Below, piece after piece: positions 30,305 through 40,534 of a DNA stretch of 64,000 nucleotides. The position numbers and the translations under genes were made by a program. The notes under the pieces are model-generated. The model was given only the letters and a program-made list of their open reading frames with translations. It ran no database searches and had not been told where the DNA came from. This stretch comes from Thermoanaerobaculia bacterium (lineage in GTDB: Bacteria > Acidobacteriota > Thermoanaerobaculia > UBA5066), in contig CAVRAY010000001.1 in the NCBI GenBank assembly GCA_963719225.1, positions 2,912,001 to 2,976,000 on the forward strand. The letters run 5' to 3'. Within the stretch, counting starts at the first letter, position 1; every line of letters starts with the position of its first letter.

Positions 30305-30738
30305 AGCGCTGGGCCGTCGTCCTGAACCACCTCGCCTGCGTCTTCGTCGGGCTCTCCGGAATCGCGTACGGCGTCATGAAGTACTTCCTGGCGGGCTCGG
30401 ACCCGGATTCGCGCGTCGGGCATCCGTGGCAGCAGCCGATGCTCAAGGTCCACATCCTCGCGGCGCCCTTCCTCGTCTTCGCCCTCGGCCTCATCTTCAG
30501 CGGCCACGCTCTCGCGCGACTGAAGGGGGGCATGGATACGGGCCGCACGAGCGGCTCGGGCCTCCTCGGCCTCGCGGCGCCGATGATCCTCACAGGCGCG
30601 ATGATCCAGGTTCTCACCGGCGACGCGGCTCGGCAGTGGACCGGGTGGATCCACGCCGCGCTCGGGGTCGTCTACGTCCTCGCCTACGCCGCGCACCTCC
30701 TGAAGAAGCTGCCCCTGGACGAGATCTCCCCCGGCTAG
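30301..30738 (+). CDS. 4-TM inner-membrane protein with His residues (cytochrome b-like)
   Basis: GTG overlaps the upstream stop; His in or near TM helices (NH, KVH, GH, WIH, AH). Confidence 0.7.
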   Translation: MKRWAVVLNHLACVFVGLSGIAYGVMKYFLAGSDPDSRVGHPWQQPMLKVHILAAPFLVFALGLIFSGHALARLKGGMDTGRTSGSGLLGLAAPMILTGAMIQVLTGDAARQWTGWIHAALGVVYVLAYAAHLLKKLPLDEISPG

Positions 30739-31235
30739 GCGGCGGACGGGAGGGCTGGGAGCCAGCGGTTCGTCGCCCGTTTGTAAGCGAGATACGTCTC
30801 TCCGAAACGCGCCGCGAGGCCCGGCTCCTCGACGAAGATCACGAAGAGGTTCGAGAAGAAGAGCGCCGCGAGGGCGACGCCGAAAACGGACGGCGCGTCG
30901 AGGACGAGGCCGGAGCCGACCATCAGCGTGATCGCGCCGACGTACATGGGATTGCGCACGAAGCGGTAGGGCCCGACGGCGACGAAGCGCCTCGGCGCGT
31001 CGAACGGGGCCGGCGTTCCCTCTCCCCGCGCGACGAAAAGGACGACGCAGGTCAGCGCGAGGAGACCGCCGGCAACGGCGAGCGTCATACCGACCTCGGG
31101 CAGCCCCGCGATCGCCGGCAGCGCACGTCCGGCCGCCCGATCGAGGCGCGCGGCCTGCAACACGAGCCACCCCCACAGGGAAACGAAGCCTGTCGCATAC
31201 GCCAGCGCCCTGACCATCACGAAGAGCTGCCTCAC
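30735..31235 (-). CDS. Isoprenylcysteine carboxylmethyltransferase/PEMT family protein
   Basis: GEGTPAPFD.P, GPYRFVRNPMY, EE..L..RFG..Y..Y. Confidence 0.9.
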   Translation of the reverse strand: MRQLFVMVRALAYATGFVSLWGWLVLQAARLDRAAGRALPAIAGLPEVGMTLAVAGGLLALTCVVLFVARGEGTPAPFDAPRRFVAVGPYRFVRNPMYVGAITLMVGSGLVLDAPSVFGVALAALFFSNLFVIFVEEPGLAARFGETYLAYKRATNRWLPALPSAA

Positions 31236-31284
31236 AACGCCCTCCTCTCTCCGCTCTTCACCTTCTAAGAAAACTCCCCTCTTC

Positions 31285-32271
31285 TCACTCCCCCATCTTT
31301 TTCGGCTGGCCGAGCGCCGTCAACCCGGCGAGGCCGCCGAGACCCATCGTCTCGACTGCGCTCGACGGCACGATGACCATCGAGCCTTTCTCCTTGATCG
31401 CCTCGTAGAGCATGTTCATGGCGCGAAGATGGAGGGCGAGCGGGCGGTCCTTGTAGGCGTCCCCCGCCGCCACGAACCGCTCGGCGATCTCGGTCTCCGC
31501 GGTTCCGAGGATGATGCGGGCCTGGCGCTCGCGCTCGGCCTGGGCCTGACGCGACATCGCGTCCTCGAGCTCGGCCGGGATCTTCACGTCGCGGATCTCG
31601 ACGGATCCGACCGTGATGCCCCAGGGGTTCGTCTTCTCGTCGAGGATCGCCTGGAGCTGCTTGCCGAGCTGCTCGCGCTCGGTGATCATCTCGGCGAGCA
31701 TGTGCCGGCCGATCGTCTCGCGGAGGGCGGTCTGCGCCGAAAGCGCGATCGCGTCGAGGAAGTCAGCAACCTCGAGAACCGCCTTCTGCGCGTCCCACAC
31801 GGTCCAGAAGACGATCGCGTCCACGTTCACGGGGACCGTGTCCTTCGTGAGCGCGGACTCCGCGGACACGTCCGTCACGCGGACGCGCTGGTCCACGAGC
31901 TGCGAAATCTCGTCCACGACAGGGATGAGGAAGAACAGGCCGGGGCCCTTGAGCCCGACGAAGCGTCCGAACCTCAGCACGACGGCGCGCTCCCACTGGT
32001 TCGCGACCTTCAGGGAGAAGAGGAGGAAGAGTCCGACGAGAACCGCCGCCACGAACGGGATCGGAGAGCCGGCGACGCCCGCGAAGATGCCTCCGGCCGC
32101 GAGCGAGATGAAGAACGCGAGCAGGCTCACGCCGCTGACGTAACGGCGCGCCTGCAGGTCCTTCTCGCTTTCGCGATGCCGCCGGTCGGAAGCCGATCGC
32201 CGCGGCGACACGGTGGCGTTCGCGTCCGCCTTCGCCTTTTCGGCAAGCTGACGGATCGTTCTGACGAGCAT
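31285..32271 (-). CDS. SPFH/slipin (stomatin-like) protein
   Basis: QWERAVVLRFGR, LTKD.VPV.VDA, AQTALR..IG, AM.RQAQAERE. Confidence 0.92.
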   Translation of the reverse strand: MLVRTIRQLAEKAKADANATVSPRRSASDRRHRESEKDLQARRYVSGVSLLAFFISLAAGGIFAGVAGSPIPFVAAVLVGLFLLFSLKVANQWERAVVLRFGRFVGLKGPGLFFLIPVVDEISQLVDQRVRVTDVSAESALTKDTVPVNVDAIVFWTVWDAQKAVLEVADFLDAIALSAQTALRETIGRHMLAEMITEREQLGKQLQAILDEKTNPWGITVGSVEIRDVKIPAELEDAMSRQAQAERERQARIILGTAETEIAERFVAAGDAYKDRPLALHLRAMNMLYEAIKEKGSMVIVPSSAVETMGLGGLAGLTALGQPKKMGE

Positions 32272-32275
32272 GGCG

Positions 32276-32668
32276 CTACCTCCTGCCGGCTTCCTCGGTC
32301 TTCCCGAGGAGAGCGTCGGCGAACTCATCGGACGTGAATCCCTGCGCCGTCGCGAGGGACAGGAACTGGTCCACGAGGCGGTCGAGGGCCTTGCGGCGCT
32401 CGGCCGTGCGTTTCTCGGGCTTGCGGTGGGCGACGAACGTGCCCGTGCCCTGCTGCGTCTCCACGATCCCCCGGATCTCCATCTCCCGATAGGCCCGCGC
32501 GATCGTGTTCAGGTTGACGGAAAGGTCCACGGCGAGCTGTCGCACCGTCGGGAGCTGCGTCCCCGCCTTCAGGCGTCCGTCGGCCACGGCGAGGAGGACC
32601 TGGTCGATGATCTGCCGGTAGAACGGCACCCCGGAGCCGGTATCGAGGCGGAACGGCGGGCTCGCCAT
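32276..32668 (-). CDS. GntR-family (YtrA subfamily) transcriptional regulator
   Basis: PFYRQI, QLPTVRQLA..L.VN.NT..RAY, G.GTFV; short C-terminal domain. Confidence 0.93.
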   Translation of the reverse strand: MASPPFRLDTGSGVPFYRQIIDQVLLAVADGRLKAGTQLPTVRQLAVDLSVNLNTIARAYREMEIRGIVETQQGTGTFVAHRKPEKRTAERRKALDRLVDQFLSLATAQGFTSDEFADALLGKTEEAGRR

Positions 32669-32674
32669 GTCTCT

Positions 32675-32703
32675 AATATACTAGTCAACTAGTACAATGT
32701 CAA
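32675..32703 (-). promoter_or_regulatory. Leaderless sigma70 promoter with palindromic GntR/YtrA operator
   Basis: Minus strand TTGACA-17bp-TATATT-6nt-ATG; perfect palindrome TACTAGT-N2-ACTAGTA (32679-32694) in the spacer. Confidence 0.85.
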
Positions 32704-32718
32704 GGGCCGTCGGATCCC

Positions 32719-33120
32719 CTAGAGAACGTCGGCCAGGGTCGTCTTCTCGAGCCGGGAGGAAACCAGGTCCCGGATCTCCTTGAAGACGCGGAGGAGCCGC
32801 TTTTCCCTCTCGACGGGCGTCGGCTCGTAGAAATACGTGCTGACCGACTCGGTCGGCGCGAGAGCGCCATCCAGCAGCCGGATCACCTCGGCGAGCGAGA
32901 TCTTGCCGGCCGGCCGCGCGAGGCGGTACCCGCCGTGCGGCCCCTTCTGGCTCTGCACGAGCCGCGCACGCTTGAGGGCCATCAACAGCTGCTCGAGGAA
33001 CTTCGCGGGCAGCCCCTGCGCCTCGGCCATCGCCGCCACGGCCACGTAGCCCTCCCCTTTCGCGCGGGCGAGGTGAAGGAGCGCGAGGAGGGCGTACTCG
33101 CTGCGCCGCGTGAGCTTCAT
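32719..33120 (-). CDS. Rrf2-family regulator (CymR-like, no Fe-S cysteines)
   Basis: YALLAL, FLEQL...LK..LV.SQKG..GGY.LA; divergent from sulfate transport genes. Confidence 0.9.
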   Translation of the reverse strand: MKLTRRSEYALLALLHLARAKGEGYVAVAAMAEAQGLPAKFLEQLLMALKRARLVQSQKGPHGGYRLARPAGKISLAEVIRLLDGALAPTESVSTYFYEPTPVEREKRLLRVFKEIRDLVSSRLEKTTLADVL

Positions 33121-33142
33121 GGCCGATTTCTCCCGGCCGATA

Positions 33143-33174
33143 ATACTTGACTAGACCAGTGGGGTAAATAACAT
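33143..33174 (+). promoter_or_regulatory. Rrf2-type operator overlapping the sbp promoter
   Basis: ATACTTGACTAGACCAGTGGGGTAA resembles the IscR type-1 site ATASYYGACTRwwwYAGTCRRSTAT; promoter TTGACT-16bp-TAACAT-7nt-ATG. Confidence 0.7.
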
Positions 33175-33181
33175 AAGAAAA

Positions 33182-34138
33182 ATGCTCGCCACCCTCGCCG
33201 TGGTTACCCTCCTCAACGTCTCCTACGACCCCACGCGCGAGCTGTACGACGAGATCAACGCTGCGTTCGCGAGAGCGTGGCTGGCAGAGACCGGCCAGAA
33301 GGTCACGATCAATCAGTCGCACGGGGGCTCCGGCAAGCAGGCCCGGTCCGTCATCGACGGCCTCGAGGCCGACGTCGTGACGCTCGCCCTCTCCGGCGAC
33401 GTCGACGCGATCGCGACGCGGTCCGGCCTCCTGCCCGCGACGTGGCAGGCGCGCCTTCCGCGGAACAGCGCTCCCTTCACCTCCACGATCGTCTTCGTCG
33501 TCCGCGCGGGGAACCCGAAGGGGATCCGGGACTGGGACGACCTCCCGAAGCCCGGCGTCGCGGTCGTCACGCCGAATCCCAAGACGTCCGGCGGCGCCCG
33601 CTGGAATTACCTCGCGGCCTGGGGCTACGCTCTGAAGAGACCGGGCGGAAGCGCGAAGACCGCGCGCGACTTTCTGTCGGCTCTTTTCCGGAACGTTTCC
33701 GTTCTCGACGCCGGCGCCCGAGGCGCCACGACGACGTTCGCCGAGCGCGGTCTCGGGGACGTCCTCATCGCATGGGAGAGCGAGGCGCTCTTCCTGACGA
33801 AGGAAGTCGGCAAGGGCCGTTTCGAGATCGTCGTTCCGTCCGTCAGCATCCTCGCAGAGCCGCCGGTCGCCCTCGTGGACAGGAATGCCGACAAGCACGG
33901 CACCCGTGCAGCGGCACAGGCCTACCTCGAGTTCCTTTACACGGACGAGGCGCAGGCGATCGCCGCGAAGCACCACTTCAGGCCGGGGAGCGCGAGGGCC
34001 GCGGCCTCTCACGCGGGCGACTTCCCGAAGATCTCCCTCTTCACGATCGACGACGTCTTCGGCGGATGGGGGCGGGCCCAGAAGGCCCACTTCGACGACG
34101 GCGGCGCGTTCGACCAGATCTACCAGGCCGGCCGATGA
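33182..34138 (+). CDS. sbp: Sulfate ABC transporter substrate-binding protein
   Basis: [48 protein letters not shown]. Confidence 0.95.
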   Translation: MLATLAVVTLLNVSYDPTRELYDEINAAFARAWLAETGQKVTINQSHGGSGKQARSVIDGLEADVVTLALSGDVDAIATRSGLLPATWQARLPRNSAPFTSTIVFVVRAGNPKGIRDWDDLPKPGVAVVTPNPKTSGGARWNYLAAWGYALKRPGGSAKTARDFLSALFRNVSVLDAGARGATTTFAERGLGDVLIAWESEALFLTKEVGKGRFEIVVPSVSILAEPPVALVDRNADKHGTRAAAQAYLEFLYTDEAQAIAAKHHFRPGSARAAASHAGDFPKISLFTIDDVFGGWGRAQKAHFDDGGAFDQIYQAGR

Positions 34139-35808
34139 GAGGAGCCCGCCGGCACGGGGTTCTTCCCGGGTTCGGGCCCGCTTTCGGCGTCACCCTTCTC
34201 TACGTCGGCCTCCTGGTCCTCGTGCCCCTCGCCGCGCTTTTCGTGGAGACAGCGGGCCTTTCGCCCGCGGAGCTTCTCCGCGTCGTGACGGCGCCCCGCG
34301 CGCTCGCGGCCTACCGCCTGAGCTTCGGGGCCGCGCTCGCCGCCGCGCTCCTCAACGCGGTCTTCGGCCTCCTCCTCGCCTGGGTGCTGGCCCGCTACCG
34401 CTTCCGGGGGCGCGCGTTCGTGGACGCGATCGTGGATCTTCCCTTCGCGCTTCCGACGGCCGTCGCGGGTCTCACGCTCACGGCGCTGTACTCCAGCCAC
34501 GGCTGGATCGGCCGCATTCTCGAGCCGCTCGGACTCAAGGTCGCCTTCACGCCCGTCGGCGTGGTCCTCGCGCTCACGTTCGTCGGCCTGCCGTTCGTCG
34601 TCCGGACGGTCCAGCCGGTCCTCGAGGACCTCGACGCGGAGCTGGAGGAGGTCGCGGCCGTGCTCGGGGCCTCGCGCCTTCAGACGTTCGTCCGCATCGT
34701 GTTTCCGAACCTCCTCCCGCCGCTCCTGACGGGGTTCACGCTGGCCTTCGCGCGGGCGCTCGGGGAATACGGCTCGATCGTGTTCGTTTCGGGCAACATG
34801 CCGTTCCGCACCGAGATCGCGCCCCTTCTCATCGTGACGAAGCTCGAGCAGTACGACACGGCCGGAGCCGCGGCGATCGCGCTCGTCCTCCTCGTGACGT
34901 CGTTCGCCCTCGTGTTCACGATCAACGCGCTGCAGCGCTGGACGCGGCGCCGGGCGGGGGCGTCCACCGTGATCGGACGCGGCTTCCGGCTCGCTCCCGC
35001 GCTGGCGGACGCGCCGGCTCTGCGGCGGGGCCTCCTGGCCACGGCGATCCTCTTTCTCGGACTCTTCCTCTTCGCGCCGCTCGCGGCCGTCTTCGCGCAG
35101 GCGCTCGCCAAGGGTCCGGCGGCCTATCTGGCGGCGATCACCCGGCCCGCCGCCCTCGCGGCGATTCGTCTCACGCTCCTGACGGCCGCGATCGCGGTGC
35201 CGCTGCACCTCGTCTTCGGAGTGGTCGCGGCGTGGCTCGTCGCGAAGTTCCGATTTCGGGGAAAGGCTCTCCTCGTCTCGCTCATCGACCTTCCGTTCGC
35301 GGTCTCCCCGGTCATCGCCGGCCTCGTGTTCGTCCTGCTCTTCGGACGGCAGGGACTCCTGGGCCCCTTCCTCGCCGCGCACGACTGGAAAGTCATCTTC
35401 GCGGTCCCCGGGATCGTCCTCGCGACGGTCTTCGTGACGTTTCCGTTCGTCGCCCGAGAGGTTCTCGCCGTCCTCGAAGCGCAGGGAAACGAAGAGGAGG
35501 AGGCCGCTCTCACGCTCGGGGCGGGCGGCTGGCAGACGTTCTTCCGCGTGACGCTCCCGAAGGCGCGCTGGGGAATCCTCTACGGCGCCGTGCTGTGTAA
35601 CGCGCGCGCGATGGGAGAGTTCGGCGCGGTCTCGGTCGTGTCGGGGCACATCCGCGGCGTGACGAACACGATGCCGCTCCACGTCGAGATCCTCTACAAC
35701 GAGTACGACTTCACGGGCGCGTTCGCGGTTGCATCGCTTCTGACCTTCCTCGCTCTCGTCACGCTCGCGGCGCGGAAGCTGGCGGAGGCGCGGGTGAGAT
35801 CGGCATGA
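34135..35808 (+). CDS. cysTW: Sulfate ABC permeases CysT (34135-~34972) and CysW (34969-35808), one continuous ORF as assembled
   Basis: [12 protein letters not shown] / [10 protein letters not shown] (CysT) followed in frame by [12 protein letters not shown] / [15 protein letters not shown] (CysW). Confidence 0.9.
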   Translation: MRGARRHGVLPGFGPAFGVTLLYVGLLVLVPLAALFVETAGLSPAELLRVVTAPRALAAYRLSFGAALAAALLNAVFGLLLAWVLARYRFRGRAFVDAIVDLPFALPTAVAGLTLTALYSSHGWIGRILEPLGLKVAFTPVGVVLALTFVGLPFVVRTVQPVLEDLDAELEEVAAVLGASRLQTFVRIVFPNLLPPLLTGFTLAFARALGEYGSIVFVSGNMPFRTEIAPLLIVTKLEQYDTAGAAAIALVLLVTSFALVFTINALQRWTRRRAGASTVIGRGFRLAPALADAPALRRGLLATAILFLGLFLFAPLAAVFAQALAKGPAAYLAAITRPAALAAIRLTLLTAAIAVPLHLVFGVVAAWLVAKFRFRGKALLVSLIDLPFAVSPVIAGLVFVLLFGRQGLLGPFLAAHDWKVIFAVPGIVLATVFVTFPFVAREVLAVLEAQGNEEEEAALTLGAGGWQTFFRVTLPKARWGILYGAVLCNARAMGEFGAVSVVSGHIRGVTNTMPLHVEILYNEYDFTGAFAVASLLTFLALVTLAARKLAEARVRSA

Positions 35809-36545
35809 GCGTCGTCGTGACGGATCTCAAGCGCCGCTTCACGCCGGACGGGCCGCCGGCCGTCGCGGGCGTCTCGTTCACCGCGCCCACGGGCGCGATC
35901 ACGGGCATCCTGGGCCCGTCCGGGGCCGGGAAGTCGACGGTCCTGCGCCTGATCGCCGGGCTCGAGGAACCGGACGAGGGCCGCGTCCTGCTGCACGGCG
36001 AGGACGTCACGGAAGTCCCGGTCCAGAAGCGCGGCGTCGGCTTCGTGTTCCAGGGCTATGCGCTCTTCGGACATCTCTCCGTGCGCGAGAACGTTCTCTT
36101 CGGCCTGCGCGTCCGGCACGTTCCGCGAAAGGAAGCGTCGGAGCGGGCAGACGACCTCCTCCACCGCGTCCAGCTCGACCGATTCGGCGAACGCCGCCCG
36201 TCGGAGCTCTCCGGCGGCCAGAGGCAGCGCGTGGCCTTCGCTCGGGCTCTCGCCGTGAACCCGCGCGTCCTCCTTCTCGACGAGCCGTTCGGCGCCCTCG
36301 ACGCGGGCGTGCGGCTCGAGCTCGGCGAGTGGCTCCTCAGGCTTCACGAAGAAACGGGCCTGACCACGCTCCTCGTCACGCACGACCAGCCGGAGGCGTT
36401 CGCGCTCGCCGAGCGCCTCGTCGTCCTTCTCGACGGGAAGGTCGCGCAGGCGGGCACGCCGGGGGAGCTGCGCGCGCATCCAGCCGACGGGCGCCTCGAG
36501 GCCTTCCTCAGGGTCGTCTCGCGCGGACCGAGTGGTTCTTCCTGA
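35805..36545 (+). CDS. cysA: Sulfate ABC transporter ATPase (short, no TOBE domain)
   Basis: GPSGAGKST, VFQ.YALF.H, LSGGQRQRVA, LLLDEPFGALD. Confidence 0.92.
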   Translation: MSVVVTDLKRRFTPDGPPAVAGVSFTAPTGAITGILGPSGAGKSTVLRLIAGLEEPDEGRVLLHGEDVTEVPVQKRGVGFVFQGYALFGHLSVRENVLFGLRVRHVPRKEASERADDLLHRVQLDRFGERRPSELSGGQRQRVAFARALAVNPRVLLLDEPFGALDAGVRLELGEWLLRLHEETGLTTLLVTHDQPEAFALAERLVVLLDGKVAQAGTPGELRAHPADGRLEAFLRVVSRGPSGSS

Positions 36546-36548
36546 CGA

Positions 36549-37724
36549 TCAGCCCCAGCGCGGCTGCTCGTCGGGGCTGATCCCGAGAGTCAGCTTTCCG
36601 ACGATCTCGTGGGTCAGCGCCGAGTTCGCCGGGTGGAAGCGGCCCGCACGGGCGTCGCGGAAGAGCCTTTCCAGCTCGCTCTTCTTGAACATGCCGAAGC
36701 CGCCGGACAGGTCGAGCGCGCGGTCCACGATCCGGAACGCGCCTTCGACCACGTGATACTTCATCGCGACGAGCCTGAGGAACCAGTCGGGACCGATGGC
36801 GCCCCGGGTCCAGTCCCGCGCGATCGCGTCGACGTGGGGACCCATCGACTCGAGCTCGATCGAGATCTCCGCGATGCCGTGCTGGATCTCCGGGTGATAG
36901 ATCATCGGCCGCGTGAGCCCGATCGACGTCTTCGTCTTCAGCTGTTCGACCAGGACGTCGCGCGTCCTGAGGCCGATCGCGTAGTAGACGTTCGCGAAGC
37001 CCACGAGGGCCCACGTGAAGAAGCCGAGGACGAACATGTCGACGCCCGCGACGCCCGCCGGGATCACGCGGGCGACGTACTTGTCGGGCACGAACGCCCC
37101 CTCGAGGATCGTGTCGTCGCTCCGCGTCGCCCGCATCCCGAGGACGTCCCAGGTCTCCTTGACGGTGACGCCTTTCGTGCCGCGCGGCAGGTACCCGTGA
37201 ACGATCTTCGGGGCGGTCGGGTCGCTCGTGTCCATCGCATGCAGTCCGAGACGCGTCCAGACGGGGGTCAGGCTGCCGAAGGCCTTGTGCCCCGTGAAGC
37301 GCCAGCCCCCGTCGGCGCGTTCCGCCTTCGCGGTGGAGAGGAGACCCGGGATGTCGTTGCCGTGCTCGGCGTGCCCGGCGGCGAACACCTCTCCAGCGGC
37401 GGCTTCCTTGAGGATCCACTCGAGGGACTTGTCGCCGCTCCGCCAGAGGTCGGCCGCGTCGCCGACCCAGTAGTTGTGCATGTTGATGCATAGCGCGGTG
37501 GCGGGCGCGTAGAGAGCGAGCTTGCGCGTCTCGAGGGCCACCTCCTCGAGCGTCATCCCCGCGCCGCCGAACTCCTTCGGCACCGCCATGAGGAGGTACC
37601 CAGCGGCCTTCAGGTCGTCGAAGTCCTCCTGGCAGAAGCGGTTCTCGCGGTCGTAGAGAGGGGCCCTCTCGCGGCACTTGGCGAGCAGAGTGTCCGTGAG
37701 CACGTGGTTCGTCGCAACGGACAT
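36549..37724 (-). CDS. Acyl-CoA dehydrogenase family flavoprotein
   Basis: VP.EFGG.G, G.K.FGS, W..LGMRAT.S, LERLFRDAR; GGAGG RBS. Confidence 0.9.
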   Translation of the reverse strand: MSVATNHVLTDTLLAKCRERAPLYDRENRFCQEDFDDLKAAGYLLMAVPKEFGGAGMTLEEVALETRKLALYAPATALCINMHNYWVGDAADLWRSGDKSLEWILKEAAAGEVFAAGHAEHGNDIPGLLSTAKAERADGGWRFTGHKAFGSLTPVWTRLGLHAMDTSDPTAPKIVHGYLPRGTKGVTVKETWDVLGMRATRSDDTILEGAFVPDKYVARVIPAGVAGVDMFVLGFFTWALVGFANVYYAIGLRTRDVLVEQLKTKTSIGLTRPMIYHPEIQHGIAEISIELESMGPHVDAIARDWTRGAIGPDWFLRLVAMKYHVVEGAFRIVDRALDLSGGFGMFKKSELERLFRDARAGRFHPANSALTHEIVGKLTLGISPDEQPRWG

Positions 37725-37822
37725 GACGTCACCTCCGGAATTCCCGTCTGAAGTTCCCTTGGAGCGCGCGGATTTTGACGCGTTTGCGATGAGAGTCAAT
37801 CTCAACCGTAAAATAGAGCCGC

Positions 37823-40477
37823 ATGATCGAGCCCAGCGCGTCCGATCCGGAGTCGCTGCGACTCGCGGAGGACCGTGTCCGGAAGAAGAACTGGAAGCGG
37901 TGGGGCCCGTATCTTTCCGAGCGTCAGTGGGGAACCGTCCGCGAGGACTACAGCCCGGACGGTGCGGCCTGGGACTACTTCCCCCACGACATCGCGCGCT
38001 CGCGGGCGTATCGCTGGGGCGAGGACGGCATCGCCGGCATTTCCGACCGGCACGGAAGCCTCTGCCTCGCGCTCGCGCTTTGGAACGGGGTGGACCCGTA
38101 CCTGAAGGAGCGCCTCTTCGGCCTCAGCGGCTCCGAAGGAAACCACGGCGAGGACGTCAAGGAGTATTACTTCTATCTCGACTCCACGCCGACGCACTCG
38201 TACATGCGGATGCTGTACAAGTACCCGCAGGCGGAGTTCCCGTACGCGAAGCTGCGCGAGGAGAACGCGCGTCGCGGCAGGCGGGAGCTGGAGTACGAGC
38301 TCCTCGACACCGGCGTCTTTTCGGAGAATCGTTACTTCGACGTCTTCGTGACGTATGCGAAGGTTTCGCCGGAGGACATCCTCGCGGAGATCGAGGTCGT
38401 CAACCGCGGGCCCCAGGCCGCGACGATTCACGTCCTTCCGACGCTCTGGTTCCGCAATACATGGTCGTGGGGCCTCAACGCGCGGAAGCCGCGCGCGCGG
38501 AAAGTCGAAGGCCCTGCGGGCGCGGCGGCGGTCGCGATCACGCACCCCGCTTACGGCGACCGCACGCTCTACGCCGAAGGAGCGCCGGAGCTCCTGTTCA
38601 CCGAGAACGAGACGAACCACCGGTTTCTCTACGGCACCGAGAACGACGGGCCGTACGTGAAGGACGCGTTCAACGAGCGCGTGGTCCACGGCGTGGAAGA
38701 GGCGGTGAACCCCGCGGGTTTCGGAACGAAAGCCGCAGCGTGGTATCGGCTCGAGATCCCGGCGGGCGGATCGATGAAGGTTCGGCTGCGCCTGACGGAC
38801 GTGAAGCCGGCGGATCCGCTCGGTCCCTCCTTCGATGCATCTCTCGCGGTCCGCCGCGCGGAGGCGGACGCGTTCTACGCAAACGTGATCCCGAACGACG
38901 TCTCGGACGACGCGAAGAGCGTCATGCGCCAGTCGTTCGGCGGCCTCCTGTGGAGCAAGCAGTATTACGGCTTCGAGATCGCGCGCTGGCTGAAGGGCGA
39001 TCCCGACCAGCCCCCGCCGCCGGCGCAGCGCCGGCACGGCCGCAACGCAGAGTGGGGGCACCTCTACAACGCCGACGTCATGTCGATGCCGGACAAGTGG
39101 GAGTACCCGTGGTACGCCGCGTGGGACCTCGCGTTCCACACGGTGCCGCTCGCGCTCGTGGATCCCGACTTCGCCAAGCAGCAGCTCATCCTCCTCCTGC
39201 GCGAGTGGTACATGCACCCGAACGGGCAGCTGCCCGCGTACGAGTGGAAGTTCAGCGACGTGAATCCTCCCGTCCACGCGTGGGCCGCGTGGCGCGTCTA
39301 CAAGATCGACGCGAAGCGCTCGGGGAAAGCAGACCGCAAGTTTCTCGAGCGGGTGTTCCACAAGCTGCTCCTGAACTTCACGTGGTGGGTGAACCGCAAG
39401 GACGAGGAGGGCCGGAACGTCTTCCAGGGAGGCTTTCTCGGCCTCGACAACATCGGCGTCTTCGACCGCAGCGCTCCGCTGCCCACCGGCGGCCACCTCG
39501 AGCAGTCGGACGGCACGAGCTGGATGGGCATGTATTGCCTCAACATGCTCGCGATCGCCCTCGAGCTTTCCCGCGGGGACGCCGCCTACGAAGACGTCGC
39601 GTCCAAGTTCTTCGAGCACTTCGTCTACATCGCGCGCGCCATGAACAACCTCGGCGGCGAAGGCATCGAGCTGTGGGACAAGCAGGACGGCTTCTATTAC
39701 GACGTCCTGCACCTTCCCGGCGGCGGCCGCCTCCCGATGCGCATTCGTTCGATGGTGGGCCTCATCCCCCTCTTCGCGGTGGAGACGCTGGAGCCCGACG
39801 TCGTGGACCGCCTGCCCGGCTTCAAGCGGCGCATGCAGTGGTTCATCGACAACCGGCCGGACTTCGCGAGCCACGTCGAGACGATCTCGACGGACGACGG
39901 CCCGCGCCGTTTCCTCTCTCTCGTGAACCGCCACCGGTTGCATTCGGTGTGCTCGTACCTCCTCGACCCCGAGGAGTTCCTCTCGGACTTCGGCATCCGC
40001 GCGCTCTCGCGTTTCCACAGGGAGCACCCGTACGTGATCGACGTCATGGGCATGGAGCACCGAGTGGATTACGAGCCGGCCGAGTCGTCCACCGGCCTCT
40101 TCGGCGGGAACTCGAACTGGCGAGGGCCGATCTGGTTTCCCGTGAACTACCTCATCATCGAGTCGCTCCAGAAGTTCCACCACTTCCTGGGAGATTCGTT
40201 CCAGGTCGAGTTCCCGACGCGCTCGGGAAAGAAGTCGACGCTGTGGGACGTCGCCGGCGAGCTCTCGCGCCGCCTCACGCGAATCTTCCTGAAGGACGAG
40301 AGCGGGAGGCGGCCCGTCTACGGAGGCACCGAGACGTTCCAGACCGATCCACATTGGCGCGACTACGTCCTCTTCTACGAGTATTTCCACGGCGATCTCG
40401 GCGCCGGGATCGGCGCGAGCCACCAGACCGGCTGGACGGGACTCGTCGCGAAGCTGATCCAGCAAAGCGGCGATTAG
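37823..40477 (+). CDS. GH63/MGH1-like glucosidase
   Basis: [57 protein letters not shown]. Confidence 0.93.
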   Translation: MIEPSASDPESLRLAEDRVRKKNWKRWGPYLSERQWGTVREDYSPDGAAWDYFPHDIARSRAYRWGEDGIAGISDRHGSLCLALALWNGVDPYLKERLFGLSGSEGNHGEDVKEYYFYLDSTPTHSYMRMLYKYPQAEFPYAKLREENARRGRRELEYELLDTGVFSENRYFDVFVTYAKVSPEDILAEIEVVNRGPQAATIHVLPTLWFRNTWSWGLNARKPRARKVEGPAGAAAVAITHPAYGDRTLYAEGAPELLFTENETNHRFLYGTENDGPYVKDAFNERVVHGVEEAVNPAGFGTKAAAWYRLEIPAGGSMKVRLRLTDVKPADPLGPSFDASLAVRRAEADAFYANVIPNDVSDDAKSVMRQSFGGLLWSKQYYGFEIARWLKGDPDQPPPPAQRRHGRNAEWGHLYNADVMSMPDKWEYPWYAAWDLAFHTVPLALVDPDFAKQQLILLLREWYMHPNGQLPAYEWKFSDVNPPVHAWAAWRVYKIDAKRSGKADRKFLERVFHKLLLNFTWWVNRKDEEGRNVFQGGFLGLDNIGVFDRSAPLPTGGHLEQSDGTSWMGMYCLNMLAIALELSRGDAAYEDVASKFFEHFVYIARAMNNLGGEGIELWDKQDGFYYDVLHLPGGGRLPMRIRSMVGLIPLFAVETLEPDVVDRLPGFKRRMQWFIDNRPDFASHVETISTDDGPRRFLSLVNRHRLHSVCSYLLDPEEFLSDFGIRALSRFHREHPYVIDVMGMEHRVDYEPAESSTGLFGGNSNWRGPIWFPVNYLIIESLQKFHHFLGDSFQVEFPTRSGKKSTLWDVAGELSRRLTRIFLKDESGRRPVYGGTETFQTDPHWRDYVLFYEYFHGDLGAGIGASHQTGWTGLVAKLIQQSGD

Positions 40478-40534
40478 CCGCGATGCGAACAGCGGAGCGC
40501 AAATGACAGATAAGCTCATTCAGCTTCGCGGTGA

